A stretch of DNA of 64,000 nucleotides, from NCBI GenBank assembly GCA_039028615.1, contig JBCCHT010000029.1, positions 99,042-163,041 of the forward strand. The letters are read 5' to 3'. A program made the position numbers and the translations under genes. Source of the DNA: Myxococcota bacterium (lineage in GTDB: Bacteria > Myxococcota_A > Polyangia > Nannocystales > Nannocystaceae). Positions 10,002-19,017 of the stretch are shown here, piece after piece. The stretch's first letter is position 1. Each line of letters opens with the position of its first letter. The notes under the pieces were generated by a model that did no database searches, was not told where the DNA came from, and saw only the letters and a list, made by a program, of their open reading frames with translations.

Positions 10002-10796
10002 TCAGCTGTCGTCGCCGGGACCCGCGCTCGGCCCCAGCTTGGTGAAGAATTGTCGCGACCGCAGCGGGGCTCGTAGATGGGCCCGCAGCCAGCCGGAGAC
10101 CAGATCTCGCAGCGCCCGCCGATGCCCCGCCGGGAGCGCTTCCACGGCCGCCAACGCGTCTTCGATCGAGGTGTCATCGACGGCCTCCACGAGACAACGA
10201 GCCGCATCGATGACCGGGGTCAGGGCACGCTCGGCGCCGCGTCCGTGGAGCGGGCACAGCGTGCCGCCGCGCGCATCGTCGATGGGCACGGTGGGACCGC
10301 GACCGATCTCGTCTCCGCAGACCGCACACGCTCCCAGCGCGGGCAGCAATCCCAGCGACCACAGCAGCCGCAACTCGAACAATCGCAACACCACCGCCCG
10401 CGGGGGCTGATCCATCGTTCGCCGGATCGCCCCGTACAGCGCGGTGAACAGCGCGGGGTCGGGCTCGGGCTCGTGCAGCAATACGTCGGTCAGCTCGCAC
10501 AGGTAGGCGACATAGGCAAAGCGGGTGAGATCCCGGCCCAGCCCGCTGTGGTCGAGGCTCGGCGAGAACGCCTCCAGCCGCGACAGCCCGTTGCGACGAA
10601 ACGCCAAGGTCGCCTCCCCCACGGCGCCGCCACTGAGCCCGCCCGGGAACCGACGTCGGCTCTTGCGGGCGTGCCGGGCCGCCGCCCGTACCTTGCCTTG
10701 CTGCGGCGTCAGCAACACGACCAACACGTCGGCCTCGCCCATGGGCCGGGTCGCCAGCACCACCGCGGGGACACGCTCGCCGGGACCGGTCCGCAT
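10002..10796 (-). CDS. recO: DNA repair protein RecO
   Basis: AVVLATRPMGEADVLVVLLTPQQGKVRAAARHARKSRRRF; FELRLL; zinc finger CAVCG...GGTLCPLH. Confidence 0.93.
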   Translation of the reverse strand: MRTGPGERVPAVVLATRPMGEADVLVVLLTPQQGKVRAAARHARKSRRRFPGGLSGGAVGEATLAFRRNGLSRLEAFSPSLDHSGLGRDLTRFAYVAYLCELTDVLLHEPEPDPALFTALYGAIRRTMDQPPRAVVLRLFELRLLWSLGLLPALGACAVCGDEIGRGPTVPIDDARGGTLCPLHGRGAERALTPVIDAARCLVEAVDDTSIEDALAAVEALPAGHRRALRDLVSGWLRAHLRAPLRSRQFFTKLGPSAGPGDDS

Positions 10797-12152
10797 TCAG
10801 ATCCCGATCAGAACCGTGGCCAGCCAAAAATAGAAGAGGAGCCCCATGACATCGACCGAGGTGGTGACGAAGGGACCGGTGGCCACCGCCGGGTCGACCC
10901 CGAATCGATCGAGGACCAGCGGGGTGCAGGTACCGACCGCCGCGGCGATGGTCATCGAGCCGGCCGTGCCCAGCATCACCACCGCCCCCAAGCGGAGCGG
11001 GTCGACCTCGTTGGCCACGGCCGTCGACGCCAAGGCGATGAGCAGGCCGTAGAGCAGCCCGAGCGAAGCGCCCAGAGAGACTTCGCGAACGACCAGGCGA
11101 CGCACCCGGCTCGCCTCGACGAAACCGACGGCCAGACCGCGAACGACGATGGTGGAGCTCTGCATGCCCACGTTGCCGCCCATGCCCGCGACGACCGGCA
11201 TGAAGAACCCGAGAGCGGGCACGGTGGCGAGCGCATGGTCGAAGCTGGACAGTGACAGCGCGGCGGCCGTGCCCCCGATCGCGGCGGCCAGGAGCCAGCG
11301 CCAGCGCACCCGAAAGCTGCCCACGAAGGTGCGGACCTCGGCGAGTTCTTCACCCGCGCCGGCCATCTTGAGGATGTCCTCGGTGGCCTCTTCTCGGATG
11401 ACGTCGACGATGTCGTCGACCTCGACCACGCCGAGCATCACGTCGAACTCGTCGATGACGGGGACCGCCACCAGGTCGTAGCGCATCACCAGGTCGGCCA
11501 CGTCCTCCTGGTCGGTGTCGGCGGTGGCCCGCACCACCTCGCGCTCCATGACGTCGCGGATCCTCTGGCTCGAGCGGCTGATGACCAGCATGCGCAGCGA
11601 GCAGACCCCCACGAGCCGGCCGTCGACGTCGACCACGTACACGTAGAACGCGGTCTCGGGCGGCTCCTCTTCGTCTTGGATCATCGCCAGGGCGTCGCCG
11701 ACGGTGGCGTCGGGCGAGACCTGGAAGTACTGCGGCGACATGATGCCGCCCGCGGTGTTCTCGTCGTACGCGAGCAGCTCCTCGAGCTCGTTGGCGTCGT
11801 CCTCGTCGAGCCGCCCCAGGATCTTCTGCAGCTGCTCTTCATCGACGCGGCCGAGGATGTCGACCGCGTCGTCGACGTCGAGGTCGTCGAGCAGGCTCGC
11901 CGCTTCCTCGGGCACCAGCTGCGCCACGAGCTCGGCCGCCGTCTCGTGGCGCATGGCCTCGAGCACTTCCGAGCGCCGATCCAGCGGCAGCAGCTGCATG
12001 ACCCGCAGCTGATCGTCGACATCGAGGTTGTCGAGCTGGCTGGCGACCTGGACGTCGTCTTGACGCTGCAGCGTGCGACGCAAGCGACGGCTGTCTCCCG
12101 CACGCAACAGCGTGTGGATCACCTGGATCTTGCGCGTGCGGGTCCCGACCAT
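10797..12152 (-). CDS. mgtE: Magnesium transporter MgtE
   Basis: N-domain, CBS pair (TAGGIMS; YDLVAVPVID), TM motifs GMGGNVGMQS and DPAVATGPFVTTSVD. Stop codon abuts the recO ATG. Confidence 0.95.
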   Translation of the reverse strand: MVGTRTRKIQVIHTLLRAGDSRRLRRTLQRQDDVQVASQLDNLDVDDQLRVMQLLPLDRRSEVLEAMRHETAAELVAQLVPEEAASLLDDLDVDDAVDILGRVDEEQLQKILGRLDEDDANELEELLAYDENTAGGIMSPQYFQVSPDATVGDALAMIQDEEEPPETAFYVYVVDVDGRLVGVCSLRMLVISRSSQRIRDVMEREVVRATADTDQEDVADLVMRYDLVAVPVIDEFDVMLGVVEVDDIVDVIREEATEDILKMAGAGEELAEVRTFVGSFRVRWRWLLAAAIGGTAAALSLSSFDHALATVPALGFFMPVVAGMGGNVGMQSSTIVVRGLAVGFVEASRVRRLVVREVSLGASLGLLYGLLIALASTAVANEVDPLRLGAVVMLGTAGSMTIAAAVGTCTPLVLDRFGVDPAVATGPFVTTSVDVMGLLFYFWLATVLIGI

Positions 12153-12237
12153 GGGCGCCCGGATGATACGTCCCCACCCCGCCCGCCGCTACGCGAGCGA
12201 AGGCAGGGCCGAGGCGGTCACCGACGAAGCTCGGCGG

Positions 12238-12813
12238 CTAGACGTTGGGGCCCGCCGGGCCGCTACCGACGAGGTTGAACGCCGCCATCACCAAGATGGC
12301 CACGAACGCGGCGACGGTCAGCCACAGCAGGGAGTTGGCCCGAGGCAGTCGGACCAGGGCACGCTTGACCACGCCACCATCGGGCGCGGGGCGTTCCTTG
12401 ACGCGCGGCGCCACGGGAGCGGCGGGCACGACCACCGCTTCGCTCTCGGTGCTCGCACTCGAGGGACGTTGCTGTTGGCGGCGGGCCTGCAGGGCAGCGC
12501 GCTCACGCTCGTACAGCAGCTCCATCACCGTCTCGCTGGGCAGGCCCAACGCGCGGGTGCAGCATCGGAGGAAGCCCTTGACGAAGACCGGTCCGGGCAG
12601 CGCCTCGAACTCGTCGTCCTCGAGCCGACGCAGGCTCGATGCGGGGATCTTGGTGGCCACCGCGAGCTGCTCGACGCTGAGCCCACGGCGTTGCCGTTGC
12701 TCGCGAATGTAGCCGCCGGGCGAAGGCACGTCGCCAACGATCGGCTCGTCGGGCTCCGCCGGGCGGGGAGCGTCCAATGCGACGACGCGCAGCCGGCTCA
12801 TCTCGGCTTGCAT
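12238..12813 (-). CDS. RodZ-like HTH (HTH_25) membrane protein
   Basis: PGGYIREQRQRRGLSVEQLAVATKI...LEDDEFEALPGPVFVKGFLR, then a C-terminal TM; no periplasmic domain. Confidence 0.85.
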   Translation of the reverse strand: MQAEMSRLRVVALDAPRPAEPDEPIVGDVPSPGGYIREQRQRRGLSVEQLAVATKIPASSLRRLEDDEFEALPGPVFVKGFLRCCTRALGLPSETVMELLYERERAALQARRQQQRPSSASTESEAVVVPAAPVAPRVKERPAPDGGVVKRALVRLPRANSLLWLTVAAFVAILVMAAFNLVGSGPAGPNV

Positions 12814-13020
12814 TGCGGCCGAGTGTGGCGTGAAGCCGCACCATGGGGCAAGGCCTCTCGCGCTCCAGATGATGGTCAGAAGATCGCGACAGACACGCGA
12901 TCCAAGGGCGGGCCAACCCGAATGTCCGGTGGTTTCGATGCCTTGAGCCCAGATCGGCCCAGGGTCCTACGTGTGGGCCCCAACGCCCGAACGGATTGAT
13001 CCGGGGGCAAGGATCTCCCT

Positions 13021-13959
13021 TTAGGGAGTGCTCTGCGCTATCGCGTCGGTCGCGCTGGGCTGATCCCCGAGGAATCGGCCGCAGTCTTGGGCCAGACAAC
13101 TGCGCGGAGCGAGCGAGACACAGGTGCCGAAGGCCTCGTGGGCCAGGCCGTCGTTGCTCACCCGAAGGCTCGCCACGCCGAGGATCCGATGGGCGTCTTG
13201 GATCGGACACCGCGGATCATCGACCACGGCCTTCGCCTGTTCGATCGCGTCCTCGGGTCGGTTGGCATCGAGGTAGACCTGCGCCAAGCGATACCGCGCC
13301 ACGCAGAAGTCGGGGTTGAGCATCACCGCCTGGCGCAGCTCGTTGGTCGCGCTGACGTGATCTCCGAGGTTGTAGTAGGCCCAGCCGAGGTTGGTCAGCG
13401 CGGAGTAGCGGTCGGCGTAGAACCGTTGGTCCAGCGCGGCGCGGGAGTTTGTGATCGCCTTTTCGTGATCGTGAAAGAACAGATCCACCACCGACTCCGA
13501 GTTTTTGGCTCGGCCTCGACCGGCAGCCCCATCGGGGTAGTGCTCGGCCGCGGCAGAGAACGACTCTCGAGCCTGGGCGTGCAGCTGCTGCGCCTTGCGG
13601 ATCTGGAGCTCGGCCGCCTCGTCGCGCAGGCATTGCTCGGTCTCCACCGCATCGACCAACGCCCTCCCCTCGTTGAGCAGGAGCAAGCCGCGGAGGTAGT
13701 ACGAATCGGCATGTTCGGGATCGCTTCGCAGCGCCCGTTCAATCTGTAGCTTCGCGTCCTCGTACATGCCGTTGTGGAACGAGCCGACCGCGACGTCGTA
13801 GTGCTTGTCGGCGGGGCTGACCTCCTTGGCCGTCGGGTCGTCGGTCTCCTCGGCTCGGCGAGCCGCGCAACCAGGTGCGCCTGTGACGCTACCGAGCAGC
13901 ACTGCCACGGCCAGCGCGCGAGCCGCAAAAACGCCGAGACCTCGTACGGGTGCGAGCAT
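13021..13959 (-). CDS. TPR lipoprotein, Tgl/PilF-like type IV pilus secretin pilotin
   Basis: Signal ...VLLGSVTGAPG-C; TPRs (ALTNLGWAYY, NPDFCVARYRLA); Cys-containing C-terminus; immediately upstream of a RodZ-like gene as in pilF-rodZ. Confidence 0.75.
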   Translation of the reverse strand: MLAPVRGLGVFAARALAVAVLLGSVTGAPGCAARRAEETDDPTAKEVSPADKHYDVAVGSFHNGMYEDAKLQIERALRSDPEHADSYYLRGLLLLNEGRALVDAVETEQCLRDEAAELQIRKAQQLHAQARESFSAAAEHYPDGAAGRGRAKNSESVVDLFFHDHEKAITNSRAALDQRFYADRYSALTNLGWAYYNLGDHVSATNELRQAVMLNPDFCVARYRLAQVYLDANRPEDAIEQAKAVVDDPRCPIQDAHRILGVASLRVSNDGLAHEAFGTCVSLAPRSCLAQDCGRFLGDQPSATDAIAQSTP

Positions 13960-14067
13960 GCGGGGACGATAGGCACGGACCGCGCCGGTTCCCAAAAAAC
14001 CCGACGAGGATTGCATGAAAGGGCATGCCATTTCGTTGGGCCGATCGTCGCTTGCCTGGTGGCTCGG

Positions 14068-14910
14068 ATGCGGCATGCTCCCAACGTGTCCGTCGTGCTC
14101 GTCGCCCTGCTCGACGCCCATACCGAAGGGGCGAGCTGGGCTCGACCTTGGCTCGTGGAAACCCTGTGTGGAAATCTCCCCGGGTACGCCGAAGGCAGCG
14201 ACCTGACCCTACGCGGGTGGAGTGTCGGCGCGGCCTGGGGCAACGAAACGCTCGTGCAATCGCGCCCCATCGTGCGCGACCGTTCGGTCGATCCCGTCGA
14301 TGATCTGCTGCGTACGCCCGCGTCCTGTGTCATCGCAGCGTTCGGCGTGCAGCCGGCCAATGGCGCCGGCCTGGCCGCGCCTCCGGTCATCAAGCTCTCT
14401 CGCTTCCGGCGCTGGCTCGGCGTTCGAGTGGGCTGTTCCCTCCCCGCCGAACGCTCCGCCGCGCTGCGTCGGGATCTCCCCGGGTTCCTCGAGCGGCATC
14501 AAGTGGACCGCAGCGATCGCGAGCTCGTGTTCCTCACCTTCCTCGCTCAGCTCCATGCCGCGGGCGGGCTGCGCAAGACCTACTCGCCGCCGGATCTCAT
14601 CCGCGAGGCGCTGCGGGCCACCGTCGATCGCCTCGAGCTCGAGCCGCCGCACAACCTGATGGTGAGCGATGGTCGTACCTTCGCCATGCTGCACGAAGGC
14701 GGCTCGCTGCTGTCCTTCGAGCCGCCCATCACCGACGCGCAGCCTCGGCAGCGCTTCCGCGTGACCGGCGAGCGCGACGACGGGCGCCGCACCAACCTGC
14801 TGCTGCACTCCGAGTCCGATCCCCCCGAAGCCCCGCAGCACGGTGGCGAGCGGGTCGCCCCCGGGCCCTTCTCCATCGACGTTCGCCGGCCTCGCGCCAT
14901 CGAGCGCTGA
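14068..14910 (+). CDS. Class II glutamine amidotransferase-like (Ntn fold) protein, probably non-catalytic
   Basis: GWSVG...LVQSRP, RFRRWL, SDRELVFLTFL and NLMVSDG resemble GATase-II/EgtC-like motifs; no N-terminal Cys; start uncertain. Confidence 0.55.
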   Translation: MRHAPNVSVVLVALLDAHTEGASWARPWLVETLCGNLPGYAEGSDLTLRGWSVGAAWGNETLVQSRPIVRDRSVDPVDDLLRTPASCVIAAFGVQPANGAGLAAPPVIKLSRFRRWLGVRVGCSLPAERSAALRRDLPGFLERHQVDRSDRELVFLTFLAQLHAAGGLRKTYSPPDLIREALRATVDRLELEPPHNLMVSDGRTFAMLHEGGSLLSFEPPITDAQPRQRFRVTGERDDGRRTNLLLHSESDPPEAPQHGGERVAPGPFSIDVRRPRAIER

Positions 14911-14942
14911 ATCAGGGCGGTCCGTGCTACGCCTTCGGGTCC

Positions 14943-15491
14943 ATGTCGGATTCGGATGCCCGCGACCAAGCGAGAGCTGCGCTCGACGTGCTGCGCCAGC
15001 GCGTCGATGCCCACTTCGATGCCGCCCTCGAGCGCAGCGCCGATCAGATGCAGTGCCGAGCCGGGTGCGCGCGGTGCTGCCACCAACGCTTCGGCGTGTT
15101 CGAGGTCGAGGCGCACCGAGTCCGCGCCGCACTCGTTCGCCTGGGGCGCCAGGATCCCGAGCTGCGGGAGCGTGTGCGACAACAAGCCGACGACCCCGAC
15201 GCCGCCGTGCACTGTGCCCTGCTCGTCGACGATCGCTGCACCGTCTACGAAGACCGGCCCCTCCTGTGCCGGACCCACGGGCTGCCCACCTTGATCCGCG
15301 ACGAGCAAGGCACCTCGCTTCAGGGCTGCCCGCTCAACTTCACCTCGGAGGAGCCGCCGCCGGCCAGCGTGCTCGATCTGTCGGCGGTCAATGCCCCGCT
15401 GTCGGTCATGGCTCGGATGTGGGACGGGCACGGCGCTCGGATCGACCTCGCCGATCTCGCGGCCGCGGTCGATCCGCTCGACGAAGCCTGA
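14943..15491 (+). CDS. YkgJ family cysteine-cluster (CxxCxxCC) protein
   Basis: CRAGCARCC; CALL..CTVYEDRPLLCRTHG. Confidence 0.9.
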   Translation: MSDSDARDQARAALDVLRQRVDAHFDAALERSADQMQCRAGCARCCHQRFGVFEVEAHRVRAALVRLGRQDPELRERVRQQADDPDAAVHCALLVDDRCTVYEDRPLLCRTHGLPTLIRDEQGTSLQGCPLNFTSEEPPPASVLDLSAVNAPLSVMARMWDGHGARIDLADLAAAVDPLDEA

Positions 15492-15494
15492 CGC

Positions 15495-18239
15495 TCACTC
15501 GGGGGCGGCGAGGCGGTCGATCTGCGCCGCGATGTCGGCCGCGGCCGCGTCGTTGCCCGCGCGCACGTGCAGGTCCCTCAGCTGGCCCAGCAAGCGCGCG
15601 TACTCGGGGTGGTCCTCCCCGAGGCTCGATCGAGTGCCGGCCAGCGCTCGCTCGTAGCTCTCGCGAGCGTCTTCGAATCGGCCCTGCTCGAGCTGCGCCG
15701 CCGCGATGTTGCTGCGGGTCGCTGCGATCATGTGGTGCTCGGGGCCACGGGTGACCTCGAGCAACGCGAGCGCCTCGACGAAGTAGTTCTCGGCCTCGAC
15801 GTAGTCGCCGTGACCGTACGCGGCCCCGCCCAGCCCATGCATGATGAAGGGCGCCCGGGTCCGCATCGAATGAGGGTGACCGCGATAGATGTCGAGCGCT
15901 CGCAGCAGGTGCGCGCGGACGGTCTCGTACTCGGTCTCGCCGTCCATCGCATGGGCGAGGTTGCCCAGCACCTGCGCGATGCGAACGTCGTCGGGGGCCA
16001 CCGAGGCCTCGAGGCCCTCGAGCGCCGCCGTGAACTGCTCGCGAGCGGCGGCGTCTTGGCGCGCACTGCCGTAGGCGGCGCCCAAGGCGATACGCAGCCG
16101 GCAGACCTGCGGATGTGAGGGACCGAGCACGGCGGACGCATCGGCGATGCCCTGCAGCAGCACGCGCTCGGACTCTTCGGTACGACCCAGGCGGGTGAGC
16201 GCCTCGCTCCGCAGCGCCGCCGCCTGGATGCGATCGTCGTAGCCTCGCGGCGGCGTCACCAGCCCGTCGAGCAGCTCCAGGGCCCCCGCGTAGTCCCCCC
16301 GTTGGTTGGCGGCATTGGCCTCGGCGAAGCGCAGCCGCACTCGGCACTCGTCCGTGGGCACCTTCTCGAGCGCGATGGCGGCGTGCTTGCGCCACAGCTC
16401 GCCCTGCTCGGGCCGCCCCAGCCACGTCGCTTGCACGTCGACCAGCTCGGCCGCGGCCTTGCAGGCCCGCTCGAAGTCTTCGGCGACGATCGACGCGAAG
16501 TACGACGCCTCGAGATGACGCGCCGCTTCCTCGTGGCGCTGCAGGTTTCGTTCGAGGCGCCCCAGCATGAGCCCGGTGTCGGCCTGCAAGGGAGGGTGAC
16601 CGAGGGCGGTGGCGCGGGAATCGATGGCCTCCGCCTGCGAGGCCACGGCCGATTCGTGCCCCGTGGTGATCTCGGCGCGCACGCGATGGAGTTCGGCTCG
16701 CAGGGCATCGATGTCGGCGGCGTGCTCGAGGGGCGGCGCCATCTCGGAGCGGGCCTGGAGGCGCTCGAGCTCGCCGCACCGGGCCGGGTCCGCCAACACG
16801 AACACCGAAGACAGCGCATGCTCGACGGTGGCCTCGTCGGCGGAAGTCAGCCGGTCGACCAAGGCCTGGAGGGCGCCGCGTTGTTCGTCGAGGCAGGCCA
16901 CCGCAGCGGAGAACTGCAGCTCCGAGCGCAGCCCTCGAACCCGGGTATCCTCGCAGCGTTCGCGATACTCGTCGGCCCAGCGGCGGCCGTAGTCGTCGAG
17001 GCCCTCGGAGACCCCCGCGGCCGTCGTCGCTGCACCCGGGACCCCCGTGGCCTCGAACGCACGGGTGACGGCCGCGCCCTGCTCGCTGGACCACACCGCG
17101 GCTAGGCGCTCGGGCGCCCCTTCGCACGGCGTGTCCACGGACGACGCCTCGCCCGACAGCACCACCGCCGCCCCGACCGCGCCCAGCATGGACAGACCGG
17201 CGAGGATGCGGACCCGACGACGTCGGCGATGGCGGACCGCCTCGAGGCGCGAGAGCAACGCGGGCATGTCCTCGAAGCGCTCGGCCGCCCGCGGTCGCAG
17301 CCCTCGCTCGATGGCCACACGCAACGCCCGAGGCACCGGTCGCCCGCGCGACGACGATGACGAACGTGGACTCGGCTCGGCATCGCGCGTCGTCGTCTGC
17401 CGCTCGGGTCGCGCCCCGTGCAGCGCTTCGTGCAACGCGACACAAAACGCGTATTGATCGGCCCGGGCGTCGACGGGCAGCCCCGCGACCTGCTCGGGCG
17501 GCATATAGCCGGGGGTCCCGGCAAAGGCCGAGCTGGCCGGGGTCATGCGAGCGCCGTCTTCGGTGTCGAGCTCGGCGTCCTCGAGGCCCCAGTCGTCGCC
17601 GGGATCGATGGGCCGGGCGAGGCTGAAATCGCCCACGCACGCTCGGCCGTCGCCGCGGATGAACACGTTGTGCGGCTTGAAGTCGCGATGCACGAGGTCG
17701 CGCTCGTGGGCCGCCGCCAGGCCCGCCCCTGCTTCGAGGAAACGATCGAGGATCGCGTCGAGCGAGCGCGGCTTCGTTGTCAGCCAATCCCCGAGGGTGC
17801 CGCCCTCGGCCAATTCCATCACGACGTAAACCTGGTCGTCGATCTCACCAACCTCGAAGATGCGAAGCACTCCGGGGTGATCGAGCTTCGCCATGGCTCG
17901 GCCTTCACGGACCATGCGAGCGCGACCTTCCTCGGCCCCGTGTCGCTCGGGGCGAAGGATTTTCAGGGCGACTTGGCGCTGCAGCGTGGGGTCGTCGGCG
18001 GCGTACACGATGCCCATGCCGCCGTGCCCCAAGGTCCGTAGGACGCGGAATCGGCCCACACAGACGGGCTCCTTCGCTTCGAACAAGCGACCGGCCAGCG
18101 ACGCCATCATCACGCGCGAGCGAAGGTCCTGCGCATCGGGGATCGCAGCGCGAATCCGCTGCGCTCGAGGGGCTACGATCGACTCGGGCGCGTCGTTGTC
18201 CCGAGTGAGTTCGGAGTTCTCGGTTGCGTGACTTTTCAT
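15495..18239 (-). CDS. Membrane Ser/Thr protein kinase with C-terminal TPR region
   Basis: LGHGGMGIVY, VALKIL, HRDFKPHN, DFS(G)LAR, GTPGYMPPEQ, DQYAFC; TM after RRRRRR; TPRs with LGPSHP/LGEDHP turns. Confidence 0.93.
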   Translation of the reverse strand: MKSHATENSELTRDNDAPESIVAPRAQRIRAAIPDAQDLRSRVMMASLAGRLFEAKEPVCVGRFRVLRTLGHGGMGIVYAADDPTLQRQVALKILRPERHGAEEGRARMVREGRAMAKLDHPGVLRIFEVGEIDDQVYVVMELAEGGTLGDWLTTKPRSLDAILDRFLEAGAGLAAAHERDLVHRDFKPHNVFIRGDGRACVGDFSLARPIDPGDDWGLEDAELDTEDGARMTPASSAFAGTPGYMPPEQVAGLPVDARADQYAFCVALHEALHGARPERQTTTRDAEPSPRSSSSSRGRPVPRALRVAIERGLRPRAAERFEDMPALLSRLEAVRHRRRRRVRILAGLSMLGAVGAAVVLSGEASSVDTPCEGAPERLAAVWSSEQGAAVTRAFEATGVPGAATTAAGVSEGLDDYGRRWADEYRERCEDTRVRGLRSELQFSAAVACLDEQRGALQALVDRLTSADEATVEHALSSVFVLADPARCGELERLQARSEMAPPLEHAADIDALRAELHRVRAEITTGHESAVASQAEAIDSRATALGHPPLQADTGLMLGRLERNLQRHEEAARHLEASYFASIVAEDFERACKAAAELVDVQATWLGRPEQGELWRKHAAIALEKVPTDECRVRLRFAEANAANQRGDYAGALELLDGLVTPPRGYDDRIQAAALRSEALTRLGRTEESERVLLQGIADASAVLGPSHPQVCRLRIALGAAYGSARQDAAAREQFTAALEGLEASVAPDDVRIAQVLGNLAHAMDGETEYETVRAHLLRALDIYRGHPHSMRTRAPFIMHGLGGAAYGHGDYVEAENYFVEALALLEVTRGPEHHMIAATRSNIAAAQLEQGRFEDARESYERALAGTRSSLGEDHPEYARLLGQLRDLHVRAGNDAAAADIAAQIDRLAAPE

Positions 18240-18298
18240 CGGGTGACGGATCGGAGCCCGACTTTCGATCGCCGACGGACCATGACTACCATCCCGGA

Positions 18299-18880
18299 AT
18301 GTCGTCGGACGCCGAGCTCTTCGCTGCGTGGTGTGAGGGCGACAACAAGGCCGGGAACGACCTCCTCAAGGGACACTTCGAGCGTCTGCTTTGTTTCTTC
18401 AACAACAAGGCCGGCGACAACACCGAGGACCTCATCCAGCAGACGATGATGGCCTGCGTGCAATCGCGGGCCAAGCTGCGAGACCACTCGAGCTTCCGCG
18501 CCTTCTTGCTGCGAATCGCTCGCAACAAGCTCTTCGATTTCCTGCGCTCGCAGTCGCGCAACCGCGTGGACTTCGGCGTGTCGTCGGTCCACGACCTGCG
18601 CCCCTCGCCCAGCAGCCTGGTGGCCAAGGACCGAGAGCACGTCACCGTGCTCGAGGCCCTGCGCTCGCTGCCCGTGAACCTCCAGGTGGTGCTGGAGCTG
18701 CACTACTGGGACGAGCTGAGCGTGCGCGAAGTGGGCGAGGTGCTCGAGCTGCCCGAGGGCACCGTCAAGGGGCAGCTCAAGCGAGGCCGCGAAGCACTGG
18801 GCCGTGAGCTGCGACGACGCACGGGCCCGCACGCGGAGCTGGTGGTCGCGATGCAGCGCAGCCGGCCCCGAGGGGCCTGA
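18299..18880 (+). CDS. ECF sigma factor divergent from the Ser/Thr kinase
   Basis: TEDLIQQTMM, SSFRAFLLRIARNKL, LELHYWDELSVREVGEVLELPEGTVKGQLKRGR. Confidence 0.9.
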   Translation: MSSDAELFAAWCEGDNKAGNDLLKGHFERLLCFFNNKAGDNTEDLIQQTMMACVQSRAKLRDHSSFRAFLLRIARNKLFDFLRSQSRNRVDFGVSSVHDLRPSPSSLVAKDREHVTVLEALRSLPVNLQVVLELHYWDELSVREVGEVLELPEGTVKGQLKRGREALGRELRRRTGPHAELVVAMQRSRPRGA

Positions 18881-19017
18881 GGCCGCCCGGTTCCCGGCCG
18901 CAGAGGCCGGGCCATGAGATGGGTCGTGCCGCTCGACGGTTCGTGCTCCCGGCTCGGGTTCACTACTAAGTCGTCCGCGGCCCGACCCCGGTTCGATTTT
19001 TCTGCGGCGCGCCGGGC

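Noticed and set aside
14014..14030. Sigma54-like site TGGCATG-N4-TTCA upstream of the tgl-like gene (minus strand)
   Set aside because: The -24 box is good but the -12 box lacks the conserved GC; insufficient support.
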